From positions 40,711 through 104,710 of the forward strand of contig JBGCFI010000026.1 of NCBI GenBank assembly GCA_045106855.1: DNA of 64,000 bases. The letters are read 5' to 3'. Every line of letters starts with the position of its first letter. Position 1 is the first letter of the stretch. Of this stretch, positions 1 through 8,346 are shown piece after piece. The notes under the pieces were generated by a model. It had not been told where the DNA came from. It worked only from the letters and a program-made list of their open reading frames with translations, and did no database searches. The position numbers were made by a program, and so were the translations under genes. This DNA comes from Granulosicoccus sp. (GTDB lineage Bacteria; Pseudomonadota; Gammaproteobacteria; Granulosicoccales; Granulosicoccaceae).

Positions 1-3000
1 CGCTGAGATCGCCATCCAGTGTCAGGCCAGTAGCAAGGTTGGAAATCCCGTCACGCGGTGGAACCTGTGCATCAAGCGCTGAAAGTTGACTGACAAACTC
101 TGCAAGATCCGCAAGTGCGCCGCTCGTCAACGACACTTCATCGTGCGCCGTAATAGCGTTTTCAAGGGTGGCAGCAGAACCGTCATGAAGATAAGGGGCG
201 GTTTGCCAGACACCTGCCAATGGCGGTGTATCGATACCCGTCAGGGATGCATCGAGACGTCCTCCACTGTCAGCATCAAGAGTACCAATGTCATGCAGGT
301 TCAATGTGTTGGCAGAGTCCGTAAACGATGATCCGGAATGACACTCGGCACAACCGTTACTGGCAAACACAAGCTTGCCTCGCTCAGCGGCCGCACTCAA
401 GGAACCATCCGACGCACGATAAGGGCTGGGCAGAGGTTCTTCGAGTGACTGCAGGTAATCCGCCAATGCATCAAGATCCGGACTTAATCCTGCTTTGGGA
501 TCACCCAGTGGTTGTGCACGCGACCCTTGATTGAACAAGTCGTTGGACAGCAGGCCCGTACCACCGGCAAAGCCTCTAATCTGTCCTTCGAAATCCTGAA
601 TTTCGTCAAAATTTCCGCTCCAGTGCAATAAGCCGTTTCGTGTCCCACCGTTACCGATCAACGATGTGGTATTGCGGATACCCTCGCCGAATTGCGTGAA
701 ATCCCAGCTGCGCCCGTCATGCCCTGCTTCGTTGTGACACGATGCGCAGCTCATGTAATCGAGAGCTGCAAGGCGGTCGTCACGCGCATCGTAAAACAAT
801 TGCTTGCCGCGAAAAACGCTTGGGCTCAAACGTTCGCCGTCTGTAACGTTAACAACCGCAATTTGATCAACCAGATTATCGCCTTGTCGCACAACGTTGC
901 TGACATCATAGACCCCGACTGAGCGGTCCATGAAATGATGAACAAACAGTTGGTCTCCCGAACTCGACAGCAAAACGGACTGCGGAGCAAATCCGGTATC
1001 GAATCGGGCATATTCAATGTTAGTACTGGCATCAATCAACGCCACCTGTCGATTGCCTTCAAGAGAGGCAAAAAACGTCAGCCCATAAGGGCCAAACGCA
1101 CCGTGACTGGCAACACTGGCATTGTCGTGATCAATGCGCGCACCGAGATTTTCCTGCCCGCTATCAAGATCTATAACCGAGGTGATTGCTCGCACGCTCT
1201 GGTCAAAGACTAACGGCAGGCCATTACGTCGTGTACCACGAAGAATATTATCCTGCTTTGAAGGCACCATCGCCCTCTGGCCATCAGGGGATATCAGAAC
1301 GGGCCCAAGGTAGTTAGGGATGCCAGGGCCCTGATTTTCAGAGCTTGCACGGTTACTGTGACCCAGAAGAATCACGCCATCGGCACTTAACGCTGACGTC
1401 GAGGTGGAAAACAGATGCACCTGCCCACCTTGACCCGTGACTGACGGGTTGGCACCACTCTCACCAGGAACTGGCGGTGTTATGAAGCTGGACACATACA
1501 AGGTACTTCCCGCAGCATCGAGTGACAAATGCCTTGGAAAGTTGCCCACCATACGGCGACGTCTTTCGATGCCACTTTGCGCATCAAGCTGAACCACGGT
1601 GGCGATGCCCTCAAGTGCGATATAGGCACTGTGCTGATTAAACACAATGCCGTGTGGCCGACTGGCAGTATCAAGCATAATGGTTCGCTCAATGGCGCGA
1701 TTGGTGGTATTGATGACAGAAACAGTTGCATCATCCTTATTGACAACCCAGATGCGTCCATTGGGCGCCAGCGCGAGCGCACTGGGGTTACGCCCTACCG
1801 GGATCACATCCAGAACATCGTAGTTATCAGTGCTAACGATACCAACGCTATTGTTATCCGGGTTTACATTCCATAGTTCCGATCGCAAGACAACCTCAGC
1901 CAATGCCGAAGAGGCAACCGCTTGTTCAGAATTTACCGGCTCGTGTACGACCTGGATAAACGTTTTGACCGTTTCATCGCCCGCGGGGGTGCGGACAACA
2001 ACACTGACAACATAACGCCCCTCGGCGACAAAACGATGAGAGGCACTATTGCTTGCCGAAAAGCCAGTGTCACCCGTGCCATCCCCAAAATTCCAGCTGT
2101 AGCTCAGCCCAAAACCCGAAGCATTGGCCGTAAAGGTATTAGTTGATCCGGTTTGTACCGGACTGCTAACAATATCGTCCACTTCAGGTGGATTACCATT
2201 GTTGGGATCCACTGGTTCAACATCTGCGGCAATCCTCAGAGTATGCGCAATGGAAGGCACGCCCTCCTCATCCACAGCAAAAAGCATCCAGTAACCGGGG
2301 GTCGCCACGTTCTCATTACCATGCATTGTGATGGTGTACAGACCATTGGCTTGTTGCGTAAACGCAGGTTTGAACATGCGTACATCGGTATTGACCGCAT
2401 GCGTCACCGAAGACATCTTGATCAGCGTGAAATATGCGATATCTGCCGATGTGGTGACAGAAAAGGGCTGACCATAGCCAATCTCCTCAACAGTACTTTG
2501 CAACGATGGGCGAGCTGCAGCTTGCCCACTGACATCGAAGAGATACGGTGGTGAGAATATCTGTGCATCCTGGTGAGTACCACTACTGAACGGATTGCCG
2601 GCATCGTAACCACCACCTGCCGTGATAACACGACCATCGGTCATCAACAATGCCGTGGAGTGATAATCTCGAGGAACATCCATACCGGCAACAACCCGGA
2701 ACTCACCGGTAGCGGGGTTCCAGATTTCTGCATTCAGGACACTGCCATTGTCCTGAAACTTTGCACCCGTGGTATTACCACCCACCACCATGACTTCACC
2801 GGTGGGCAGAGGAATCATCTGGTGGAACTTGCGTGGGTAATTCATCGCCTGTGTACTTCGTATCACCGGACGACTTCCGTTCAGATTGATAGTGAATGCC
2901 TGGTTATCGGCTTCCCCCTCACCGTTGTTTCGCCATGTACCATCGTTGGTACCGGTCATCAGCAACAGACCTTCGTCATACATGATCTGTATGCCTCCAG

Positions 3001-4207
3001 AGTGTTCGCCATTGTCGGTATCAGGGTTGGCAGGGCTTGAAAAGCCATTGCCGTTCGGGTCGATATAGTGATTCTCTACGGTATCCCAGAAGTGATACAC
3101 ATCACCACTGGGTGCCTGACTCAATAGCGGGAACCACGTCGTATCCCCTCGCTTGGGACGACGTTGACGCATGGTTAGAAAGTCGATGCCATTAAGAACA
3201 CGCCAGCCTGTTTCTTTGGACCATAGATCCGGATTGCGCACATTGGTCGAGCTACCCATTGCAGTCAGGATATTGCCATTGCCAAGCGCAAGCGAGGTGG
3301 GGTACCAGCGACCACCACTGGACATGTTTTCAATTTGCGTCCAGTTGTTCGTCGTCGAGTCGTAGATCGACGTCCATGGACTGTTACCCTGATTACGTCC
3401 TCCGTTTACAAAGACTTTGCCATCGTCCGTCATCGACGTTGCGGCGCAGAACATGTTGTGCCCCAGGTGCAGCGTCTCATCAAACTGGCCAGTCATCGGA
3501 TCCCACGTGGCACTGTAGGTCTGTTCCGTGGTGGGCCAGGTTCGCCGTTCAGATCCGGAGTAGGTCAGGATACGACCATCGGGAAGGTTGGCCATCGATA
3601 CGGCAACCAGAGGCCAGTCGAGAATGTCACCCCATTGCCCTATCTGTGAAGGTGTCTGCAGCTGAACACTCGCACTATGCGAACCATTGCTGGCATCGAG
3701 CGCGTTAAACTGATCCAACGCATTGCCGGATGCATCCAACACCGTCAGATCGTAGACATCCCGGTTGCTACAGCAATCACCACGACCGACAAGCTCGATC
3801 CTGCTCAGGGTTACCGGTGCCGGAAATATCACTCTCACCCACTGATTGGCGGTGGTTTGGGAGTGGTAAAACGTGTGGCGTCCCTGGGCGCCTGGCGCGT
3901 TGTTGCCATCAATAGCGAAGCTGGCTAAAAACCGAGAGTCATACGTGGCCGCCACGTCTATCGTTGCACCCGCAGAAGCCAACGCTGCATCGGTGCCAGT
4001 GTCGGCATTGATGGCGATGATCTCGCCCAACTGGATGATGTCACTGCCGGTGCTGGCGTTAGAGCGCACCACAAGCTCAGTGACGTTAGCCATCTGTCCG
4101 GACGCCGGGGTGCTTGCAAGCACTGCGAACACCATGAGAAACATATGCACCCACGCGCGCTGAACCCGCGCACCTGACGCTTCACCGTTTCCTGATCGAA
4201 TTTCCAT
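1..4207 (-). CDS. Large secreted multidomain protein, 3'-truncated by the window edge: signal peptide, F5/8-type-C (CBM32-like), copper radical oxidase (galactose/glyoxal oxidase-like propeller), DUF1929-like Ig domain, PKD, YVTN-like beta-propeller, di-haem cytochrome c peroxidase/MauG-like
   Basis: Absent from the ORF track because there is no stop inside the window. Hand translation of the minus frame from ATG 4207..4205 gives 1402 codons plus 1 nt with no stop. An alternative in-frame ATG at 4144 starts MFLMVFAVLASTPASG (signal-like). Motifs: NMFCAATSM, GGRWYPT, PRDYHST, SSVTHAVNTD, SYSWNFGDGTGD, GKQLFYD..MSCASCH (nt 734-748), GKLVFASNGCAECH (nt 338-352), APYLHDGSAATLENAI. The four track-listed minus-strand ORFs in 1-4207 share one other frame, and the third minus frame has none. 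Confidence 0.85.
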   Translation of the reverse strand, partial: MEIRSGNGEASGARVQRAWVHMFLMVFAVLASTPASGQMANVTELVVRSNASTGSDIIQLGEIIAINADTGTDAALASAGATIDVAATYDSRFLASFAIDGNNAPGAQGRHTFYHSQTTANQWVRVIFPAPVTLSRIELVGRGDCCSNRDVYDLTVLDASGNALDQFNALDASNGSHSASVQLQTPSQIGQWGDILDWPLVAVSMANLPDGRILTYSGSERRTWPTTEQTYSATWDPMTGQFDETLHLGHNMFCAATSMTDDGKVFVNGGRNQGNSPWTSIYDSTTNNWTQIENMSSGGRWYPTSLALGNGNILTAMGSSTNVRNPDLWSKETGWRVLNGIDFLTMRQRRPKRGDTTWFPLLSQAPSGDVYHFWDTVENHYIDPNGNGFSSPANPDTDNGEHSGGIQIMYDEGLLLMTGTNDGTWRNNGEGEADNQAFTINLNGSRPVIRSTQAMNYPRKFHQMIPLPTGEVMVVGGNTTGAKFQDNGSVLNAEIWNPATGEFRVVAGMDVPRDYHSTALLMTDGRVITAGGGYDAGNPFSSGTHQDAQIFSPPYLFDVSGQAAARPSLQSTVEEIGYGQPFSVTTSADIAYFTLIKMSSVTHAVNTDVRMFKPAFTQQANGLYTITMHGNENVATPGYWMLFAVDEEGVPSIAHTLRIAADVEPVDPNNGNPPEVDDIVSSPVQTGSTNTFTANASGFGLSYSWNFGDGTGDTGFSASNSASHRFVAEGRYVVSVVVRTPAGDETVKTFIQVVHEPVNSEQAVASSALAEVVLRSELWNVNPDNNSVGIVSTDNYDVLDVIPVGRNPSALALAPNGRIWVVNKDDATVSVINTTNRAIERTIMLDTASRPHGIVFNQHSAYIALEGIATVVQLDAQSGIERRRRMVGNFPRHLSLDAAGSTLYVSSFITPPVPGESGANPSVTGQGGQVHLFSTSTSALSADGVILLGHSNRASSENQGPGIPNYLGPVLISPDGQRAMVPSKQDNILRGTRRNGLPLVFDQSVRAITSVIDLDSGQENLGARIDHDNASVASHGAFGPYGLTFFASLEGNRQVALIDASTNIEYARFDTGFAPQSVLLSSSGDQLFVHHFMDRSVGVYDVSNVVRQGDNLVDQIAVVNVTDGERLSPSVFRGKQLFYDARDDRLAALDYMSCASCHNEAGHDGRSWDFTQFGEGIRNTTSLIGNGGTRNGLLHWSGNFDEIQDFEGQIRGFAGGTGLLSNDLFNQGSRAQPLGDPKAGLSPDLDALADYLQSLEEPLPSPYRASDGSLSAAAERGKLVFASNGCAECHSGSSFTDSANTLNLHDIGTLDADSGGRLDASLTGIDTPPLAGVWQTAPYLHDGSAATLENAITAHDEVSLTSGALADLAEFVSQLSALDAQVPPRDGISNLATGLTLDGDLS

Positions 4208-4600
4208 TGCTCACGCAGCCGTTAATCATAAGGTCGAATGGCTATCGAGCACGCAGACAGCAACCCAAAGGGAGTCATATATCGGGGATATCGACCCGCT
4301 CAGGATCTGCTGAATCGTGGGCTTTCAATGATGTGATGAAGTCCATAGGCCTCGTTAATGAGGCAGGTGGCATGTCTTGATTTTATGTTGTAGCCCATCT
4401 TGCAGAAGTCGCCTTTGCGTCTGATCAACCAGATGCCTACGTCAGCGATGTATGCCTTTTGCGCATGTCTTCGATTCGCAAAGCCAATAAAATAAAACGA
4501 TAGAGTAATGTCTATGCAATGAAGAGCCGGTTTGCAACAAGCCTTGAACACTCTTGATAAAAAATGTGCATTAGCTTCAAAAACACATGGGACGTGCCAT

Positions 4601-5704
4601 ATGAAATCGGCAACAAGAACACGATATATAATCACGCAAATGACAGCAAGCTTCTTCTTGCTATTGACAATACTCGTGCTTTCAACACCACTGCATGCTC
4701 AGCAGTTATTTGACCAGAGGGAGTCAATAAAATCAGGATTGTCCATTCGCGTAGACAACGATTTTTTTGTCAATGCAGATTTAGACAAAGACTATACCGG
4801 TGGAATCGCCCTCGCCTTCTCTGGCAGACAAGCACTGCTTAGCCCGTTCTCTTTTGATGGTGTTCGGGCAAAGCTCAATCAACTGACCGGCTTCAACCGC
4901 TTGTACGACCCTGGTCAGACATTCAAACTGCATGCGATTGAAACGGGTTTTGTTTTTTTTACGCCGTCAGATCTAAGTATTGAAGCGCCCCAACCTGAAG
5001 AACACCCTTATGCCAGCTTGTTCTTTCTGGGTAACAGCCAACAAGTTGTAGCGCCGACTCGACAGCTTGCTTTCAATTCCATGTTTACCATCGGCGCTCT
5101 CGGGCTGGATTTTGCTGAAGATGTTCATGCCGGGGCGCATGAGGCGACCGGTAGTAATCCACCCAAAGGCTGGGCCAACCAAATATCTTCCAAAGGGGAA
5201 ATCACCGCTAAATATAGTGTTGGCATACAAAAATTGGTTGCACAGAAGCGGTTACTTTTTAATCAAAGAGCTGAGTTTAAAGTTGCAGCCGAAGGCGACA
5301 TCGGATTTACAACAGGTGCAGGTGTTGGGTTCAGCGCCAGAGTTGGACGCATACACACGCCATGGTGGGGATTTAATCCACAACAGTCTGATTATGCCAG
5401 CCAAGGTTCACCTATGGCCAGACATAGCAATGGCCTAACTGGTAGAGACGTGTTTTTTTATTTTGGAGCGAATATAAACCACAACCTCTATAACGCAATA
5501 TTACAAGGTCAATTCAAAGACAGCGCAGTAAGCTATAGCGCTAGTGAAATCAATCGTACAAGCACAGAGCTCTGGGCCGGCGTATCACATCAGGTTTCAC
5601 GCCATTGGAATGTCGCTGGATTCGTTCGCAGTCACACTCCTGAATTGAAAAATACTCTGAAAAATAGCCTCTGGGGTGGCTTGACGCTTAACCGATCTAT
5701 GTAA
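4601..5704 (+). CDS. Outer-membrane LpxR-like (DUF2219 family, lipid A 3'-O-deacylase-like) protein
   Basis: ORF 4532..5704. The likely start is ATG 4601 (MKSATRTRYIITQMTASFFLLLTILVLSTPLHAQQ, signal-like). The mature N-terminus SIRVDNDFFVNADLDKDYTGGIALAF resembles the DND / D.DYT.G signature I associate with LpxR. The composition is beta-barrel-like. The start is uncertain (4532, 4601 or 4640). Confidence 0.5.
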   Translation: MKSATRTRYIITQMTASFFLLLTILVLSTPLHAQQLFDQRESIKSGLSIRVDNDFFVNADLDKDYTGGIALAFSGRQALLSPFSFDGVRAKLNQLTGFNRLYDPGQTFKLHAIETGFVFFTPSDLSIEAPQPEEHPYASLFFLGNSQQVVAPTRQLAFNSMFTIGALGLDFAEDVHAGAHEATGSNPPKGWANQISSKGEITAKYSVGIQKLVAQKRLLFNQRAEFKVAAEGDIGFTTGAGVGFSARVGRIHTPWWGFNPQQSDYASQGSPMARHSNGLTGRDVFFYFGANINHNLYNAILQGQFKDSAVSYSASEINRTSTELWAGVSHQVSRHWNVAGFVRSHTPELKNTLKNSLWGGLTLNRSM

Positions 5705-6026
5705 GGCCATTGATAATTTCTTGCGAGAATGTGGGGCTGGAAATATACCGGCAACTACGTCCCAGATAACACGCAACGCGTTCACTGATCGTCTTGACCA
5801 GCTGGTTGAACTGTTTGCTATCAATACGCATTATTCAATTGTCGCTGACTTGTTATAACCCCTGGCATGTTATTCCACAGTCGTAGTTTGGATTGTGTAA
5901 AGTCGATCTAGGAATGAGGCAACAAACATCTCGTTACATCGCATAGAGCGGGTATTAGCCATAAACAATGATATATCCTAAGGTTGCTGCCTATTTCAGG
6001 TCATAGCGCACTAAAAGGATTTAGAC

Positions 6027-6815
6027 ATGGGTGAACAACGGCTCTATTTTGCCAATAGAAGCATTTTAAAGTCAGAACAAGGTATTTGCAGAGCACGATG
6101 CCTCCTTCGCTTGTTGTCTAGTATCCCGTTTCTTCAGATGTGTGCAGGATTAGCTGCCTGCAAATCTATAGGTGACTCGTTCCACAGGCCTGTTCAAAGG
6201 CACACCCAATCACAAGTAGAATTCGTCCGCGCTTTCGAAAATCTCAAAGGCATAGAAAAAAGGATAATATCTGAACGTCCACAGAATATAGAGTCCTTAT
6301 TACTACTATTTTTGCATAAGCAGATGAGCGAAGTCCGCACTTCGGAGGTCAAACAGCACTGTAGTCCGAATTCGAAGGATGTCGGTTCCTGCCTTTATCA
6401 AGTGCACGATCAGCTTAGTGTCTGTTGTAGCTCCAGTGTTCGGCGTGTCGTTGGAATTCCGGGTATTGCGAAACAGCAAATGTATGGGGGCCTGTTGCTA
6501 CCTGCGGGTAGCGAAACCGACATTAGTGGTGACTGCACATCCAGTCTGGTTACGCTTCACGAAAGCGTGAAATACGGTGACTTTTATTTAGGCCCGGGCC
6601 AAGTCCTTTTTGATGACGAGCGGCAAATTAGTTATGCTGATTTGACACATGGGCAAAGCTACAAAGGATTGATATTAGCTGGGGGTATGCCGAATCGTGT
6701 TCAATTTGAAGCACCCAACAGAATAGTCAGCGCAACCCTCGCTAAAGACTCCTCCTATCAAGGTTATCATCTGCGAGCTGGTACAAATGTTGATTTTATA
6801 CTAACGGAGCTTTGA
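6027..6815 (+). CDS. Hypothetical protein, segment 1 of 3 of the frame-interrupted repeat-protein gene
   Basis: ORF track entry of 262 aa with a Shine-Dalgarno-like AAGGA upstream. The C-terminal third already carries the repeat motif (GDFYLGPGQVLFDDERQISYADL, YKGLILAGGMPNRVQFEAPNRIVSATL). Confidence 0.5.
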   Translation: MGEQRLYFANRSILKSEQGICRARCLLRLLSSIPFLQMCAGLAACKSIGDSFHRPVQRHTQSQVEFVRAFENLKGIEKRIISERPQNIESLLLLFLHKQMSEVRTSEVKQHCSPNSKDVGSCLYQVHDQLSVCCSSSVRRVVGIPGIAKQQMYGGLLLPAGSETDISGDCTSSLVTLHESVKYGDFYLGPGQVLFDDERQISYADLTHGQSYKGLILAGGMPNRVQFEAPNRIVSATLAKDSSYQGYHLRAGTNVDFILTEL

Positions 6816-7813
6816 AGCAGGCGACTCTGGTCAAGTCAAAACGGATTGGTAACTATCTGATTCCTCCAGGAAAGGTATCGTTTCTTGAAACAGGCTTTGT
6901 GCCCAGAGCAAAGCTTGCTGAACCTCTCAACACACCTAGTGGCGTGATTCCGCGTTACACCGACGTACATTTGGATGAACAGACCGGTTTACAGCAGATC
7001 TACATTAAACACGATTGGAAAATTAGTAGTTTGCCTGTGCCGAAGAGAATGTGGCTCGAAGTCCATTCTAATGGACAATTGAAGTACCTGGATACCACGT
7101 TTTATCCGATAGGCTTTAAAGGACGTGTATATCCGGAATCAACTCGTCTGGAATTTTCGGCCGATGGCCGTGTCGTTCGTGATAGCTACACAGATGGATC
7201 TCTAAGGCCTGTGACCAGTTATTCCGATTTTCATCCACCTCATACTGAATTGCAGCAGGCACAAAAAATCGGATCACTAGAATTTCCAAAACACAGTTTT
7301 GTCTACAAACGGCATGATGGCTCTCTTAGATTCGCAATACCCCCATATTCGATGATTTACCAAGGTTTTTTACTCGATGCTTCGCTGATTCGATTTAGTC
7401 ACAGCAATCTCGTGTCTGAAGCAACGCTTGGCGCAGAAAAAAACATATCCGGAATAGTATTGCCAAAGGGCTCAACCATTAAATTTGATACCAATGGGAG
7501 CTTGGATAGTGTATTTCTTAGAGATCGAGTAAAAGTAGATGGTAATTGGCTTGTAGAAAAACAAACTATAAAAATCCACCCTAATGGAACGCTCAAACAA
7601 TATACAGTAGAGGGAGGCGCAACATTTTCAGGCCTTGAGTTTGTTCGGCCAGTGAGTTGGGAGTTTTACGATACTGGAAATGTCAGATCAATTTATACTG
7701 AAGAACCCTTTGAGTACGATGGTGTCGTGTTTGATGGAAACACGGTTTTTTTCATCCGAATGGCTCTGCATCATCTGGCGTTCTCAATACCGTCGCCACT
7801 GTTCAAGGCGTGA
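6812..7813 (+). CDS. Hypothetical repeat protein, segment 2 of 3
   Basis: ORF track entry of 333 aa. Its start is only a TTG overlapping the upstream stop, and this frame is open from 6794. Repeats include LEVHSNGQLKYL, LEFSADGRVVRD, IKFDTNGSLDSV, IKIHPNGTLKQY and WEFYDTGNVRSI. Confidence 0.45.
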   Translation: MKQATLVKSKRIGNYLIPPGKVSFLETGFVPRAKLAEPLNTPSGVIPRYTDVHLDEQTGLQQIYIKHDWKISSLPVPKRMWLEVHSNGQLKYLDTTFYPIGFKGRVYPESTRLEFSADGRVVRDSYTDGSLRPVTSYSDFHPPHTELQQAQKIGSLEFPKHSFVYKRHDGSLRFAIPPYSMIYQGFLLDASLIRFSHSNLVSEATLGAEKNISGIVLPKGSTIKFDTNGSLDSVFLRDRVKVDGNWLVEKQTIKIHPNGTLKQYTVEGGATFSGLEFVRPVSWEFYDTGNVRSIYTEEPFEYDGVVFDGNTVFFIRMALHHLAFSIPSPLFKA

Positions 7814-8145
7814 AATATGCCACAGGTACCGAACTATTGTTTGACTTAGACGGTAAGCGCATCCATTCCAGGGCTGGCAAGCCGCGTTGGAAAGATGGTA
7901 AGGCTCCGTCGATTCGCAAAAACATTGAGAACAGTATAGTTACCACGACAGTTCTGAGTAATTCCCATAAATCTGTCCGGGTTCTGTCGTCTATTTTGAA
8001 CGAAGAAGAGTGCGAAAAAATGTTTCCAGCAGACGGGGAAAGTACATTTCCCGGAGGATTCAGTCTTAATCAACCGCAGATGGCTGTTCTGTTAGGGTGT
8101 GGTGCAACGGATGAACAGTCCGGTATATTAAGTAGATCTCCTTAG
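7810..8145 (+). CDS. Hypothetical protein, segment 3 of 3
   Basis: ORF track entry of 111 aa. Its start is a GTG overlapping the upstream stop. The frame is open upstream and there encodes HPNGSASSGVLNTVATVQGVKYATGTELLFDLDGK, a continuation of the repeats. Confidence 0.4.
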   Translation: MKYATGTELLFDLDGKRIHSRAGKPRWKDGKAPSIRKNIENSIVTTTVLSNSHKSVRVLSSILNEEECEKMFPADGESTFPGGFSLNQPQMAVLLGCGATDEQSGILSRSP

Positions 8146-8251
8146 GCTGCAACATCCCATTATGGAGTGACGAATGGCAAAATTAAGTGTCCTGCCCTCG
8201 GGGTTGTAAAGTTCCATGCCAGTGTCGATTCAGCCAATAGAAAACGGTTGA

Positions 8252-8285
8252 CTCTCATAGTTTTCAGCAACTATGAGAGATCTTT
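8252..8285 (+). terminator. Hairpin, possible intrinsic terminator after the repeat-protein gene
   Basis: Perfect 11-bp stem ctctcatagtt (8252-8262) / aactatgagag (8269-8279) with a 6-nt loop ttcagc, followed by atctttgt. Confidence 0.45.
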
Positions 8286-8346
8286 GTCATGTTCGCGTTG
8301 GCAGAAGAACAGGTACCGGTGGGGTATACGATGTTTGGCTTACTAG

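Larger units (their letters stand above)
6027..8145 (+). pseudogene. Repeat-containing putative lipoprotein gene interrupted by two -1 frame changes at T-runs (or two homopolymer sequencing errors)
   Basis: Three abutting ORFs sit in frames 0, -1 and -2, with TTGA and GTGA pseudo-overlaps. The about 29-aa repeat motif h.F..[ND]G.[LV] reads straight across both junctions: NVDF|YTNGALKQ at T4 6794-6797 and NTVFF|HPNGSASSG at T7 6746+1000 (7746-7752). AAGGA lies 7 nt upstream of ATG 6027. A possible lipobox LAAC is at residues 42-45. Confidence 0.55.

Noticed and set aside
3480-3510. parS-like cccacgtggc inside the giant ORF
   Set aside because: Only the central CCACGTGG is shared. There are four or more mismatches in the arms compared with TGTTCCACGTGGAACA.
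4300-4635. 111-aa minus-strand ORF in the spacer before the LpxR-like gene
   Set aside because: It overlaps the likely start of the LpxR-like gene, sits in an A+T-rich intergenic context, and has no recognisable motifs or ribosome-binding site.
5697-5831. 44-codon minus-strand ORF (MRIDSKQFNQLVKTISERVACYLG...) overlapping the LpxR-like stop
   Set aside because: It is too short, unrecognised and overlaps the neighbouring stop. It cannot be supported without homology or expression data.
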